Below, one piece after another: positions 46,795-56,326 of a stretch of DNA of 64,000 nt. A model generated the notes under the pieces. It ran no database searches. It worked only from the letters and a program-made list of their open reading frames with translations, and had not been told where the DNA came from. The position numbers and the translations under genes are program-made. The stretch is from Saprospira sp. CCB-QB6 (GTDB lineage Bacteria > Bacteroidota > Bacteroidia > Chitinophagales > Saprospiraceae), in contig NZ_CP116808.1 in assembly GCF_028464065.1 (NCBI RefSeq), positions 1,135,886 to 1,199,885 of the forward strand, in the 5' to 3' direction. Position 1 is the stretch's first letter. Each line of letters starts with the position of its first letter.

Positions 46795-46835
46795 CTTCTC
46801 CTCCGCTCTAATACTCTGGGGGAATTTCCCCCAGC

Positions 46836-47065
46836 TAATCTGCAGATTACAATTGACGTGGGCGCGGCGCCCAACCTAATCTGCAAATTACAATTGGCGT
46901 GGGCGTGACGCCCAGCCTAATCTGCAGATTACAATTGACGTGGGCGTGGCGCCCAGCCTAATCTGCAAATTACAATTGACGTGGGCGTGGCGCCCAGCCT
47001 AATCTGCAAATTACAATTGACGTGGGCGTGGCGCCCAGCCTAATCTGCAAATTACAATTAGCTTG
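46836..47065. repeat. 41-bp tandem repeat array (5.6 units; unit taatctgcaaattacaattgacgtgggcgtggcgcccagcc)
   Basis: taat recurs at 46836, 46877, 46918, 46959, 47000, 47041 (period 41); units differ at a few positions (cag/caa, gac/ggc, cgcgg/cgtgg/cgtga); each unit has CAATTG and a gggcg-tgg-cgccc hairpin. Confidence 0.9.
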
Positions 47066-47228
47066 GGGAGGGTCTCTAAGGCCCTATCTTTTTTTTCTGG
47101 ACCGACCCTACTACAAATTAGCTAGGCTTGCTTAGCTCAGCGATTTTAAAATTAGTTGTATTTTGCCTGAAGAGGCTTGAGGGGGGGAGCTCCTGTTCAT
47201 TATATTAAATATGGATTGCATCTAGAAG

Positions 47229-47362
47229 GAGCGAAGCGACTGGCCTAGCGATGCGAAAGGGGGCGGCGAAGCCGCAGACCAAGGCCGTCAGGCCGCAGGG
47301 CCGAGCAGACCTGCGAGCCCTGAAGCGTAGCGCCTGCAGCTTTGCTGCAGGAGGCCCCAAAA
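47229..47362 (-). repeat. GC-rich structured interspersed element, copy 18 (subfamily II, core variant)
   Basis: gagcgaagcgactGGCCTAGCGATGcgaaagggggcggcgaagccgcagacc...GGCCGAGCAGACCTGCGAGCcctgaagcgtagcgcctgcagctttgctgcaggaggccccAAAA. Confidence 0.9.
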
Positions 47363-47398
47363 CAACAGCAGCAAGAGCATAAAAAACAGCAAACTAAA

Positions 47399-48574
47399 AT
47401 GGGAAGAACAGAAGATTGGGCATTTATTGCGGAGCATCAGGCGGGGGATTTGGTGCAATTGGCTTTGCAATTGGCCAAGCGGCCGGACTTAGATCGTTCC
47501 TTTATTTTGGAGCAGATCAATGGGCGGCAAAAGGCCAAAGAAAAGCTGCCAGATTGGGTAGCGCGGGAAGGTTTAGTTTTTCCTTCTCGTTTGTCGATGC
47601 AGCAGTCTTCTAGCCAGATGACCGCCCAAAAAAAGGCCGAGTATTTAGCGGGGGGCACTCTAGTTGATTTGACGGGAGGTTTTGGGGTAGATAGTTATTA
47701 TTTGGGGCAGCAATTTGAGCGGGTTTATCATGTGGAGCCGCAAAAAGAGTTGCAAGAGATTGTGCGGGCCAACTTTGCGCTTTTGGGATTTGATCGGGCG
47801 GAGTTTTTTTTGGGCAAGGCAGAGGAATTTTTGGCGCAGGCTGATTTGCCAGCGATAGATTGCTTTTACATAGATCCTAGTCGAAGATCGGAAGGGCAAA
47901 AAGTCTTTCGTTTAGATGATTGTCAGCCGCAGTTATTGGAAATATTGCCTCGTTTATTGGAGCTTGCGCCTCGGGTTTGGCTCAAGGCGGCCAGTATGTT
48001 GGATATACAGCAGGCTTTGCAGCAATTGGGGGGGCGAGTTCGGCAAGTTTATATTTTGGCTTGGCGCAATGAGTGCAAAGAGTTGCTGTTTGAAATTGGG
48101 CGGGAGTTGCAAGCTTCTCCTCAGCTACAGATTGAAGAAATTTATCCTCAGCGGGCTTTTTCCTTTCATTTTGAGTTGATAGAAGAAGAGCGGGCTCAAG
48201 TGAATTATGGGCCATTGGGCAGCTATGTATATTTGCCGCATACGGCCTTGCTCAAGGCGGGGGCCTTCAAGCTTTTGGCGGAGCGTTATGGTTTGCAAAA
48301 ATTGGCGCCCAACAGTCATGTTTATAGTAGTGAGGAGGAGGTCAAGGACTTTCCGGGTCGGAGTTTTCGGCTTTTGCGCAGCATCCCCTACCCCAGCAAG
48401 GCGAGTAAAAAGTTGGGCTTGGCCAAGGCGCAGATCATTAGTAAAAACTTTGGTTTAACGGTAGAGCAATTGCGAAAAAAGCTCAAGATCAAGCAGAGTG
48501 GCGGGCCGTATTTATTGGCTAGTCGAGATCAGGAGGGCAAGACCTGCTTGTATGAATTGGCGCCTTTGTTTTAA
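47399..48574 (+). CDS. Class I SAM-dependent methyltransferase, THUMP-like domain family (tentative)
   Basis: LVDLTGGFGVDSYYLG SAM-binding-like motif. Start reassigned to MGRTEDWAF because the ORF-track start (47342) lies in element copy 18. Confidence 0.5.
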   Translation: MGRTEDWAFIAEHQAGDLVQLALQLAKRPDLDRSFILEQINGRQKAKEKLPDWVAREGLVFPSRLSMQQSSSQMTAQKKAEYLAGGTLVDLTGGFGVDSYYLGQQFERVYHVEPQKELQEIVRANFALLGFDRAEFFLGKAEEFLAQADLPAIDCFYIDPSRRSEGQKVFRLDDCQPQLLEILPRLLELAPRVWLKAASMLDIQQALQQLGGRVRQVYILAWRNECKELLFEIGRELQASPQLQIEEIYPQRAFSFHFELIEEERAQVNYGPLGSYVYLPHTALLKAGAFKLLAERYGLQKLAPNSHVYSSEEEVKDFPGRSFRLLRSIPYPSKASKKLGLAKAQIISKNFGLTVEQLRKKLKIKQSGGPYLLASRDQEGKTCLYELAPLF

Positions 48575-48723
48575 ATAGAATTCTTCCTCCCTAAAATTTT
48601 TATTAAATTGTAGATACTTTAAACCCAAGCAGAAGGATTTTTGGGGAGGATGCTCCCTTAATATCCTTTTTTTGTCCCCCAATCCCTACTACAGCCTTCG
48701 GGCAACAGACCTAGAACTTAATT

Positions 48724-50772
48724 ATGCGTGCTCCCCGTTTTCTGTTTTTTTTTCCAGAGGCCAAACGTCAAGCGAAATTAGAAGAAACGCTTTTGTGTTT
48801 GGGTAGCTTTTGGAGTATGATCGTTTGTTTTACGTTCTGGCTGCTTAGTTTTTTCTATGATTATCAGTCGGCTACCCCTTTAGGGGCATTTTTAGGGGGG
48901 CTAGGTTTTTTGGGTTTATTTTCTTGGGTCAAGTTCAAGGCATTTTCGCCTTGGTTATCCTTTCTCTACATTTTACTTGCGCTTTGTCTTTTGGATGGCT
49001 TGTGGGTCATGGTGGGGGGCATTTATAGTGATTTGCCTATTTTGCTCTTATTGGCCTTTTTCATCTCCTTGATGATATCGAACAAAGGCTGGTTGTGGGT
49101 GGCCATGTTATTAAATTTCTCCAATTTTGCATTTTTGCTCTTGCTGCATTTTTATTATCCAGAGAGCATCAACCATCATCCTTCTGCGGCGGAGGTGGCC
49201 TTCACTAGTTTTACAAGTTTAGGGATTTCCTTAATCTCTATTTGGGTTTTGATGGGCATCTTAAAAGAGCGTTATCAGTTGAGTCAGGAGCAATTGGAGA
49301 ATAGGAATCTGGCCCTATTGGATGCGAGTGAGGCCAAATCGCAGTTTTTGGCGCAGATGAGTCATGAAATTCGCACGCCCATGAATGGAATGTTGGGCAT
49401 GGCCGAGCTCCTAGTGAATAGTCCATTGAGTGAGGAGCAACAAGAGTATGCACAGACCTTAAAGCAGAGTGGCGAGCAACTCTTACAGATCGTCAATGAG
49501 ATTTTGGATTATTCTAAGCTAGAGGCTGGGGGCTGGCATTTGCAGGAGCAAGAATTTGAGTTGGAGCGTTGTTTAGAAGAGGCCATCAACATTGCCGTTT
49601 CTAGGGCGGTGGCCAAAGGGCTAAGTCTTCGTTATTTTCCAGATGCGCATTTACCTGAACAACTGATCGGGGATGCCACTAAGATTCGGCAGATGCTATT
49701 AAATCTCTTGGATAATGCCATTAAGTATAGCAATCAGGGCTGTATCTCCATATATATGTCCAAATTACGGGAAGAAGAAGATCGAGTTTGGGTAGAGTTT
49801 CGCTTAACAGATCAGGGTATAGGAATCCCCAAGGCCAAACAGGCCGATTTATTTAAGGAATTTTCGCAGCTCTCTAATCAGCAATCCGATAGTAATTTGG
49901 GAACAGGTTTGGGCTTGGCTATTGTGCGGCAATTGGCCGAACAAATGGGGGGAAATGTAGGCGTAGAAAGTGAAGAGGGACAAGGAGCCAGCTTTTACTT
50001 CCGCCTCCCCTTACTCTTAGCCGCACAAAAATCGGCCAGTTTATTTAAGGGCAAACGGCTCTTTTTATTGAGCAAGAATAAAGATGTTGCTTGCTTTTTC
50101 GAAGCTATTTGTCAGCGCTGGGAGATGGAATACTTCCAGTTTTGGGAACCCGACGCAAGTTACGAAGCTGTGGAGCTTGGCGTCATTCCCTCACCTGATT
50201 TTGTCTTTTTTGATAGTCAATTGCAAGACCCTGAGGAAGTATTGAGTTGGCCTTGTCCACAGTTTTTGATTTTAGCATTAGGGGAAGAACGCAAGCTCAG
50301 TCGCAACTTTCAGGCTGAAGTTGCAGCCCCTTTGCGCCCCTTGCGAATTAAAAAGCTGTTGATCAATCAGATGTCGGTAATTCAAAATAACAAAGAAGAG
50401 CTTACAGCCATGCCGTGGAGCAATAAAAAAGTACTTTTAGCAGAAGATAATCGAATCAATCAGCGGCTCATGCAGCAGGTTTTAGTGCGTTTAGGACTAG
50501 AGGTACAGCTGGTCCAAAATGGTCAAGAGGCCCTAGATTTTTTAGCCCAAGAAGAAGTGGATCTCATTTTTATGGACCTACAAATGCCTGTTTTAGATGG
50601 TCGGGCGGCCAGCAAACAAATACGGGCGGCACAAATTAATACGCCTATTATTGCGCTTAGTGGAGAAGAGGAAGCAGAGATAGAAGGAATAAATGGCTTT
50701 CTACAAAAGCCCATTGCATTAGAAAAACTGCAAGCTTGCTTAAGCTTGTTTTTTTCTCCCCAAGATGTATAA
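48724..50772 (+). CDS. Hybrid sensor histidine kinase/response regulator with multi-TM N-terminal sensor
   Basis: HisKA H-box LAQMSHEIRTPMNGMLG, HATPase GTGLGLAIVRQLAEQMGG, receiver LLAEDNRINQ...DLIFMDLQMPVLDG; 5-6 N-terminal TM helices. Confidence 0.85.
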   Translation: MRAPRFLFFFPEAKRQAKLEETLLCLGSFWSMIVCFTFWLLSFFYDYQSATPLGAFLGGLGFLGLFSWVKFKAFSPWLSFLYILLALCLLDGLWVMVGGIYSDLPILLLLAFFISLMISNKGWLWVAMLLNFSNFAFLLLLHFYYPESINHHPSAAEVAFTSFTSLGISLISIWVLMGILKERYQLSQEQLENRNLALLDASEAKSQFLAQMSHEIRTPMNGMLGMAELLVNSPLSEEQQEYAQTLKQSGEQLLQIVNEILDYSKLEAGGWHLQEQEFELERCLEEAINIAVSRAVAKGLSLRYFPDAHLPEQLIGDATKIRQMLLNLLDNAIKYSNQGCISIYMSKLREEEDRVWVEFRLTDQGIGIPKAKQADLFKEFSQLSNQQSDSNLGTGLGLAIVRQLAEQMGGNVGVESEEGQGASFYFRLPLLLAAQKSASLFKGKRLFLLSKNKDVACFFEAICQRWEMEYFQFWEPDASYEAVELGVIPSPDFVFFDSQLQDPEEVLSWPCPQFLILALGEERKLSRNFQAEVAAPLRPLRIKKLLINQMSVIQNNKEELTAMPWSNKKVLLAEDNRINQRLMQQVLVRLGLEVQLVQNGQEALDFLAQEEVDLIFMDLQMPVLDGRAASKQIRAAQINTPIIALSGEEEAEIEGINGFLQKPIALEKLQACLSLFFSPQDV

Positions 50773-50794
50773 ATAGTAACTAGTTAATAAGCTT

Positions 50795-50956
50795 TTTTGG
50801 GGCTGCCCCGCCCTACGGGCGGGTCGGGCTGTCTCGCAGCTCGCTATTCGCTCGGCCCTGCGCGCGCAAAGCGCCTTGGTCTGGCCTGACGGCCACTGCT
50901 GCCCATCCCTCAGCCTGCGGCCCTTCGGGCCTGCTCTACGCAATTGGACCAGAAAA
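50795..50956 (+). repeat. GC-rich structured interspersed element, copy 19 (subfamily I with AATTGGACCA tail)
   Basis: TTTTGGGGCTGCCCCgccctacgggcgggTCGGGCTGTctcgcaGCTCGCTATTCGCTCGGCCCTGCGcgcgcaaagcgcc...CCCATCCCTCAGCCtgcggcccttcgggcctgctctacgCAATTGGACCAGAAAA. Confidence 0.9.
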
Positions 50957-50958
50957 TC

Positions 50959-52737
50959 CTAGCGCTTTTTGGGCGGAAAAAGCTCAAAACGCTTCTGAAA
51001 ATCCTTCAACAAAGCATTCTGCTTCAAAAAGTGAACATATTTCTCCCGATCTGTCGTCGGACGAAACTTAGGTTTGGGAATATCCTCTTCTTTGGGCTCT
51101 TCTATCTCAAAACGATATTGCAATTGAGGCAACCCAAATTCTTCCCGCAACTGATTGAGCAAAGCTTGCTCATCACCTATCGCATCTTTTACTCTTTGGC
51201 TACTCACCACTAAGCCCAAAGCCTGCTCCTCCTTCGGAAAAACCGTCAATTTTGCCGAGCGCAAAAGCGCCTGCATAGAAGGCGATTCCATTTGTTGTGC
51301 ATAAGCCTCCCAAAGGGCCAAAACCGCCTTTTCTTCCCATGTTTTATGGACCAATTGCTTTTTGCGCTCTTCTTCTGCCTGAATTTCCGCTTTGAGTTCA
51401 TCTATTGCCGTAGCCTTCTTTTTCAAACGCTCTTTTAAACTCTTTTTAGGCGTTTTTTCGCCCTTGGGCATTTCTTCTTTGGGAACTTCAGCCTGCTCTA
51501 CAACTTTAGGGGCCTGCTTTTCTTGGGGCACTTCCTTTTTGGCTATGGGGTGCTCAAGCTCTTGACGTTCTTCGGTTTTTGTTTCTGTTGGCACTTGTAC
51601 ATATTGGACCAACTGCTGAGGGGCCAAAGTTTGTGGTTGTATTGCTCTGCGAATATGGGCCATTTTAATCAGGGCCATTTCTACATGTAGGCGTTTGTTT
51701 CTCGCCATCTTATAATTTACATCGCAGGCAGCACTTAAACTCAAAGCCGAAACCAAAATATCTTTAGGCGCCAATTGGGCCTGCTGCTGATAACGCTGGC
51801 GCAACTTTTCACTTAGGTCCAATAAACCTAAAGTACTGGCTTCTTGGGCCATCAATAAATTGCGCAAATGCAGAGAAAGGCCATCTAAGAAAATGTCTCC
51901 ATCAAATCCCTTTCGCTGAATTTGGTCAAAGATGAGCAGCAATTGCTGCATATCTTCGCTCAAAATGGCATCTATAATCTTAAAGTAGTAATCATAATCT
52001 AAGATATTCAGGTTTTCAATCACATCCTCATAGCGGATATGACTACCTGAAAAACTGACCATGCGGTCAAAAATAGAAAGGGCATCCCGCAAAGCACCAT
52101 CTGCTTTTTGGGCAATCATGTTGAGTGCCTCTTCTTCGGCCTCAATCCCCTCCTCTTGGCAAATCTTGGCCAAATGAGCACGCATATCCGCCACCTGAAT
52201 CCGATTAAAATCAAAGATTTGACAGCGAGACAAAATAGTAGGAATAATTTTATGCTTCTCGGTAGTTGCCAAAATGAAAATGGCATAAGAAGGCGGCTCC
52301 TCTAAGGTTTTCAGAAAAGCATTAAAGGCCGCTTGAGAAAGCATGTGCACCTCATCAATAATATAGATTTTATAGCGTCCTTTTTGAGGAGCAAAGCGCA
52401 CCTGCTCAATCAAAGAGCGAATATGTTCTACGGAGTTATTGGAGGCCGCATCCAACTCATGAATATTGAGCGAGGCATTTTCTCTAAAAGCTGCACAAGA
52501 GGGGCATTCATCGCAAGGCTCGGTATCCGAAGTTGGATTTTCACAATTGAGTAATTTGGCCAAAATACGAGCACAGGTCGTTTTGCCCACCCCTCTTGGT
52601 CCACAAAACAAAAACGCTTGGGCCAAATGGTCCGAGCGGATGGCATTTTTGAGGGTATTAGAAACATGCTGTTGGCCCACAACCGAATCAAAGCGGATGG
52701 GACGATATTTGCGGGCGGAAACGACGAAATTACTCAT
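50959..52737 (-). CDS. dnaX: DNA polymerase III subunits gamma/tau
   Basis: Walker A FLFCGPRGVGKTTCARILAK, zinc Cys cluster CDECPSC, box VII region; 592 aa. Confidence 0.9.
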   Translation of the reverse strand: MSNFVVSARKYRPIRFDSVVGQQHVSNTLKNAIRSDHLAQAFLFCGPRGVGKTTCARILAKLLNCENPTSDTEPCDECPSCAAFRENASLNIHELDAASNNSVEHIRSLIEQVRFAPQKGRYKIYIIDEVHMLSQAAFNAFLKTLEEPPSYAIFILATTEKHKIIPTILSRCQIFDFNRIQVADMRAHLAKICQEEGIEAEEEALNMIAQKADGALRDALSIFDRMVSFSGSHIRYEDVIENLNILDYDYYFKIIDAILSEDMQQLLLIFDQIQRKGFDGDIFLDGLSLHLRNLLMAQEASTLGLLDLSEKLRQRYQQQAQLAPKDILVSALSLSAACDVNYKMARNKRLHVEMALIKMAHIRRAIQPQTLAPQQLVQYVQVPTETKTEERQELEHPIAKKEVPQEKQAPKVVEQAEVPKEEMPKGEKTPKKSLKERLKKKATAIDELKAEIQAEEERKKQLVHKTWEEKAVLALWEAYAQQMESPSMQALLRSAKLTVFPKEEQALGLVVSSQRVKDAIGDEQALLNQLREEFGLPQLQYRFEIEEPKEEDIPKPKFRPTTDREKYVHFLKQNALLKDFQKRFELFPPKKR

Positions 52738-52825
52738 AATAATTTAACTTGTAGGGCAAAGATAGGCTTTCTAAATGAACTTAGAAGCCGTTCTGAATAG
52801 AAGACTGCAAAAACTTCTGCGGTCC

Positions 52826-52955
52826 CTTGGCCTAGCGATGTGCAGCAGTGGCCGTCAGGCCAGACCAAGGCGCTGCAAGCGCCGCAGGGCCGAGCGAATA
52901 GCGAGCTGCGAAACGTAGCGCCGCAAGGCAAAGCCGCAGCGGAGGCCCCAAAAAA
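52826..52955 (-). repeat. GC-rich structured interspersed element, copy 20 (subfamily II; in divergent promoter region dnaX / DUF1573)
   Basis: cttGGCCTAGCGATGTGcagcagtggccgtcaggccagacc...GGCCGAGCGAATAGCGAGCtgcgaaacgtagcgccgcaaggcaaagccgcagcggaggccccAAAAAA. Confidence 0.9.
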
Positions 52956-52975
52956 TAAAACAAATCCCCTTAAAT

Positions 52976-53494
52976 ATGCGTATACTTACAGTTATTATTT
53001 TATTCTTTTTTTTAGTGCGTTGTTCAGCTCCTCCAGAAGCAGTAGAAGAGCAGCCAGCCCCTGTAGTTGTAGAAAAAGTGGTGCCTGCGGCTCCTATTCC
53101 GCCGCCGCCATCGCCTGTAGTAGAAGTAGATAGCAGTGCGCCCAAGCGGGGCAAAAAGCCCAATTTGCAGCCCGCTTTTCCTCAATTTGATAGTTTGGCT
53201 CATGATTTTGGGGCTATTTTGCAAGATTCGGTGGTCCAGTACCGCTTTCATTTTGAGAATACGGGTGGTCGCCCTTTAGAGATAGAGTCGGTGCAGGGCA
53301 GTTGTGGTTGTATACAGGGCAGCCAGCCGTTTTTGCCTATTGGGCCGGGAGAAAAAAGTTATATAGATGTTCGTTTTGACAGCCGTGGGCGGCAGGGGGC
53401 CGAGTACAAATATCTGCTTGTAAATTGGAAGGGAAATGAGGAGCCATTGAAGCTAGAGGTCCGCGCAAAAGTCTTGTTAAAAGATAAAAAATAG
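52976..53494 (+). CDS. DUF1573 domain lipoprotein
   Basis: Signal/lipobox MRILTVIILFFFLVRC; DUF1573-type segment DFGAILQDSVVQYRFHFENTGGRPLEIESVQGSCGC. Confidence 0.7.
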   Translation: MRILTVIILFFFLVRCSAPPEAVEEQPAPVVVEKVVPAAPIPPPPSPVVEVDSSAPKRGKKPNLQPAFPQFDSLAHDFGAILQDSVVQYRFHFENTGGRPLEIESVQGSCGCIQGSQPFLPIGPGEKSYIDVRFDSRGRQGAEYKYLLVNWKGNEEPLKLEVRAKVLLKDKK

Positions 53495-53531
53495 TGGTAT
53501 ATTCGAGAGTATAACCAAAAAACTATTTGCA

Positions 53532-54245
53532 ATGAAAAACTTTATCTTTTTGGCCTTTTTAGGGGCCTTACTTTTGGGCCAAACGGCCTGTAAGCGCAGT
53601 GTAGAAGGCGAGACACAGAGTTGGGAGGCCAACAAAGGCAACATTCAAAAACTATCGGCCAAGTACAGCAATTTCAAGCCAGCTTTTGAAGAAATCCTCA
53701 AAAAGGCCGAGGCCAAAATGAGTGAAGCCCAAGGCTTGAGCGATGAGAAGGCCAAGATTTCGGCCATGTCAGAAGCCAACAGCATCATTCGCCCCAAGTT
53801 TGTGCGTGGATTAGAAGGCATGGATCGTAAAATCTCCACTTTAGAGGATCTGATGGCCAAGGCTGCACAACAGTCTAAAGACCATAGCGATCGCGATGCA
53901 GCTTGGGCGGCCAAAAGTAGTGGCGATCGGGCAATCCGAGAAGCTCGCGAGCTTATTCGCAGCGCAAAAGTTAGCTCGGCTGCAGTAGCAGATGGCATTG
54001 TTAGCGATGCAGAGCGTCAGCTTGCTTCGGCCCAAAAACGTCTGCAAGAGGTGGTTAAAGTCGCTAAAGAAAAAGCGGAAGCCGACAAGCAGGCCCAAGC
54101 CGATGAAAAAGCAGCAGAAACGGCCAAGGAAGAAGCAGAAGAGAAAAAGGCTTCTCCCATCAAATGTGCGCATTGTGGAAACATGAACAAGCCAGGCAGC
54201 TTAAAATGTAGCTCTTGTACCGCTCCCTTAGAGCAAAATAAATAA
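53532..54245 (+). CDS. Hypothetical lipoprotein, alpha-helical/charged, C-terminal zinc-ribbon (CAHCGN...CSSC)
   Basis: Signal plus lipobox LLGQTAC; C-terminal CxxC...CxxC. Antisense ORFs on the minus strand were judged spurious. Confidence 0.55.
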   Translation: MKNFIFLAFLGALLLGQTACKRSVEGETQSWEANKGNIQKLSAKYSNFKPAFEEILKKAEAKMSEAQGLSDEKAKISAMSEANSIIRPKFVRGLEGMDRKISTLEDLMAKAAQQSKDHSDRDAAWAAKSSGDRAIREARELIRSAKVSSAAVADGIVSDAERQLASAQKRLQEVVKVAKEKAEADKQAQADEKAAETAKEEAEEKKASPIKCAHCGNMNKPGSLKCSSCTAPLEQNK

Positions 54246-54261
54246 GCCCTATAAATAGGGA

Positions 54262-54303
54262 TAAAAAAAGCCGCAAAGGAAAATTCCTTTGCGGCTTTGT
54301 CAT
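54262..54303. terminator. Bidirectional Rho-independent terminator
   Basis: Perfect hairpin agccgcaaagg-aaaatt-cctttgcggct flanked by A-run and T-run, between convergent genes. Confidence 0.75.
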
Positions 54304-54834
54304 TTATTGGCCAAAAATCTGTGCCCAATAATAGCCCCATTCGCTATCTTCTTCGGCGACTAGGCCGGCGCCCATAAAGCGGGCATCGGGATCTAGCATA
54401 TTTTGGAGATGCCCCGGACTATTATACCAGAGGTCAAAAACGGCTGTTGCAGTGGCCGTTCCAACGGCAATATTTTCGGCTAGCGGGAACAGCTCCTCTT
54501 GACAAAAGGGTTTAATCTTCTCAAAGGTATCGGCCACTTTTTTTAGTTTTCGGCCTTTGCGGTCATAGAGCCCATGTTCAAAATATCCGTCTATTATCAT
54601 ATCTTTGGCATGATATCTTGCTGCCCAACTGAGTTCTTTGGACCAACTAAGGGCTGCTAATCCCCTACTTTGTCGAAGTTCATTAACGAGTTCTAGCAAC
54701 TTTTGCTCCTCAAGCTCATTAGAAGAAGCGATGCGTTCATTGCCTTGCGGCAGGCCCTTAAAACTTTGCGCCTCTAGGCGAAGGGCGGCCACAGAAAGCA
54801 AAGTCAAAATGATAAAGAAAATCTGAAATTGCAT
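54304..54834 (-). CDS. CAP/SCP/PR-1 domain secreted protein
   Basis: Signal peptide; CAP motifs HYAKDMI...GYFEHG, GENIAVG, WYNSPGHLQNML. Confidence 0.75.
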   Translation of the reverse strand: MQFQIFFIILTLLSVAALRLEAQSFKGLPQGNERIASSNELEEQKLLELVNELRQSRGLAALSWSKELSWAARYHAKDMIIDGYFEHGLYDRKGRKLKKVADTFEKIKPFCQEELFPLAENIAVGTATATAVFDLWYNSPGHLQNMLDPDARFMGAGLVAEEDSEWGYYWAQIFGQ

Positions 54835-54859
54835 TGCGCTAAAAGTTAAAATTGAAATA

Positions 54860-56326
54860 ATGAAACAGCTATTTTGTCTGCTCGTTTTTTTTGGAGCCAG
54901 CCTTTTTGCTGAAAGTTGGGCCCAATCGAACCCTTGTCAAACCGTAGAACTCTATCTTTATGCCAAAGATAACAGCGGCTTTATTGCAGATGCAAATATT
55001 CGCTTTTGGCGAGCAGCCGACAGCCTGAGCTATCGGCTGAAAACAGATTCTTTGGGCCGCTGCAGAGCCTGTTTACCCTTGGCCCAAAAGAAGTATCAGG
55101 TCCAAATCCAACACAAAATTTTCTCTACTCAAAATTTTTCGCTCCAACTCGATGGTAGCGATAGTACAATCTATAAAAAAGTAGGCCTAGACCGCCTTCC
55201 AGGCTATTTACTGGAATTGAGTATTACCGAGTTTTTGAATAGCAAAGATAGCCTAAGCTCTGGAGAGTATAGCCTGGCAGGAGTGACCATCGAGATTTAT
55301 AACAAAACCCAATATAAACAAGAACTTCGCTTGGTTGAACACCCTCATCACGAGATTTCCTTTTTGATGGAGCAGGGCAATGAGTATATTTTCATGCTCC
55401 GCAAACAAGGCTATTATAGCAAGCGAATGCGGGCCAATGTGAATGTCAATGACTGCATTTTGTGCATGGAAGGTTTTGGAGAACTAACCCCCGGCGTCGC
55501 CGAATCCCTTACGCAGGATAATAGCATGGGAACCTTGGTCAGCAATGTGAATTTGCGCCCCTTGGCAGTAGGCGAAAAAATGAAATTGGACAATATTTAC
55601 TATGATTACGGCAGCTCTCAAATTCGGCCCGAAAGCTATGCTACCCTAGACCAATTGGCCGAAATGATGCGCGACAACCCCAATGTTTATATGGAGCTTT
55701 CGGCCCATACCGATGCTCGAGGGAGTAAGGCCTTTAATTTAGAACTTTCGCAAACTCGGGCCAATAATGTGGTCCAATACATCAAACAACGCCTACCCAA
55801 TGGAGCCGATCGGGTCAAGGCTCAAGGTTATGGAGAATCCAAGCCCCTCAATTCTTGCATAGATGGCATCAATTGTAGCGAGGAACTCCACCAGCAAAAC
55901 CGCCGAACCGAACTCTTGGTCCTTGATGTTCTAGATGATGAGGATTATATCAACCGCCCGCTGGCCTCTATTATGCAAGAAGAACTGGAATCCGAGATTT
56001 TAGCGGCCAACAATAGCTCCTACTTTAAAGAGAAGGACCCTAGCCAACAAAAAGCACAACAAACGCCCACGATTCCAGAACCAATTCCAGCCAATTATAG
56101 CGGCTACAAAATTGAATTGAGCCGCAGCCAAGAGAGTCCCGCCCTCGACCACCCTATTTTCATGGCCTTTTCAGAGGTTTTCCTTGACATTGACGATCAA
56201 GGAGTTATTAGCTTCATGGTCGGCGATTATCCCTCTCAAGCAGAGGTAAATAAGGCCTTAGACAAATTTCGTTCACGCTTTTCTAAAGCAAGGGCAGTTT
56301 ATTATAAAATGGGCGTTCGTCAATAG
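54860..56326 (+). CDS. OmpA family protein (N-terminal beta-rich domain plus OmpA-like peptidoglycan-binding domain)
   Basis: OmpA-C motif NIYYDYGSSQIRPESYATLDQLAEMM...ELSAHTDARGS...LSQTRANNVVQYI...GYGESKP. Confidence 0.85.
   Translation: MKQLFCLLVFFGASLFAESWAQSNPCQTVELYLYAKDNSGFIADANIRFWRAADSLSYRLKTDSLGRCRACLPLAQKKYQVQIQHKIFSTQNFSLQLDGSDSTIYKKVGLDRLPGYLLELSITEFLNSKDSLSSGEYSLAGVTIEIYNKTQYKQELRLVEHPHHEISFLMEQGNEYIFMLRKQGYYSKRMRANVNVNDCILCMEGFGELTPGVAESLTQDNSMGTLVSNVNLRPLAVGEKMKLDNIYYDYGSSQIRPESYATLDQLAEMMRDNPNVYMELSAHTDARGSKAFNLELSQTRANNVVQYIKQRLPNGADRVKAQGYGESKPLNSCIDGINCSEELHQQNRRTELLVLDVLDDEDYINRPLASIMQEELESEILAANNSSYFKEKDPSQQKAQQTPTIPEPIPANYSGYKIELSRSQESPALDHPIFMAFSEVFLDIDDQGVISFMVGDYPSQAEVNKALDKFRSRFSKARAVYYKMGVRQ

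Noticed and set aside
53645-54340. Three minus-strand ORFs (117, 110, 107 aa) overlapping 53532-54245
   Set aside because: The plus-strand ORF has a clean signal peptide, lipobox and Zn-ribbon, while the minus-strand ORFs are Ala/Leu/Ser-rich shadows.
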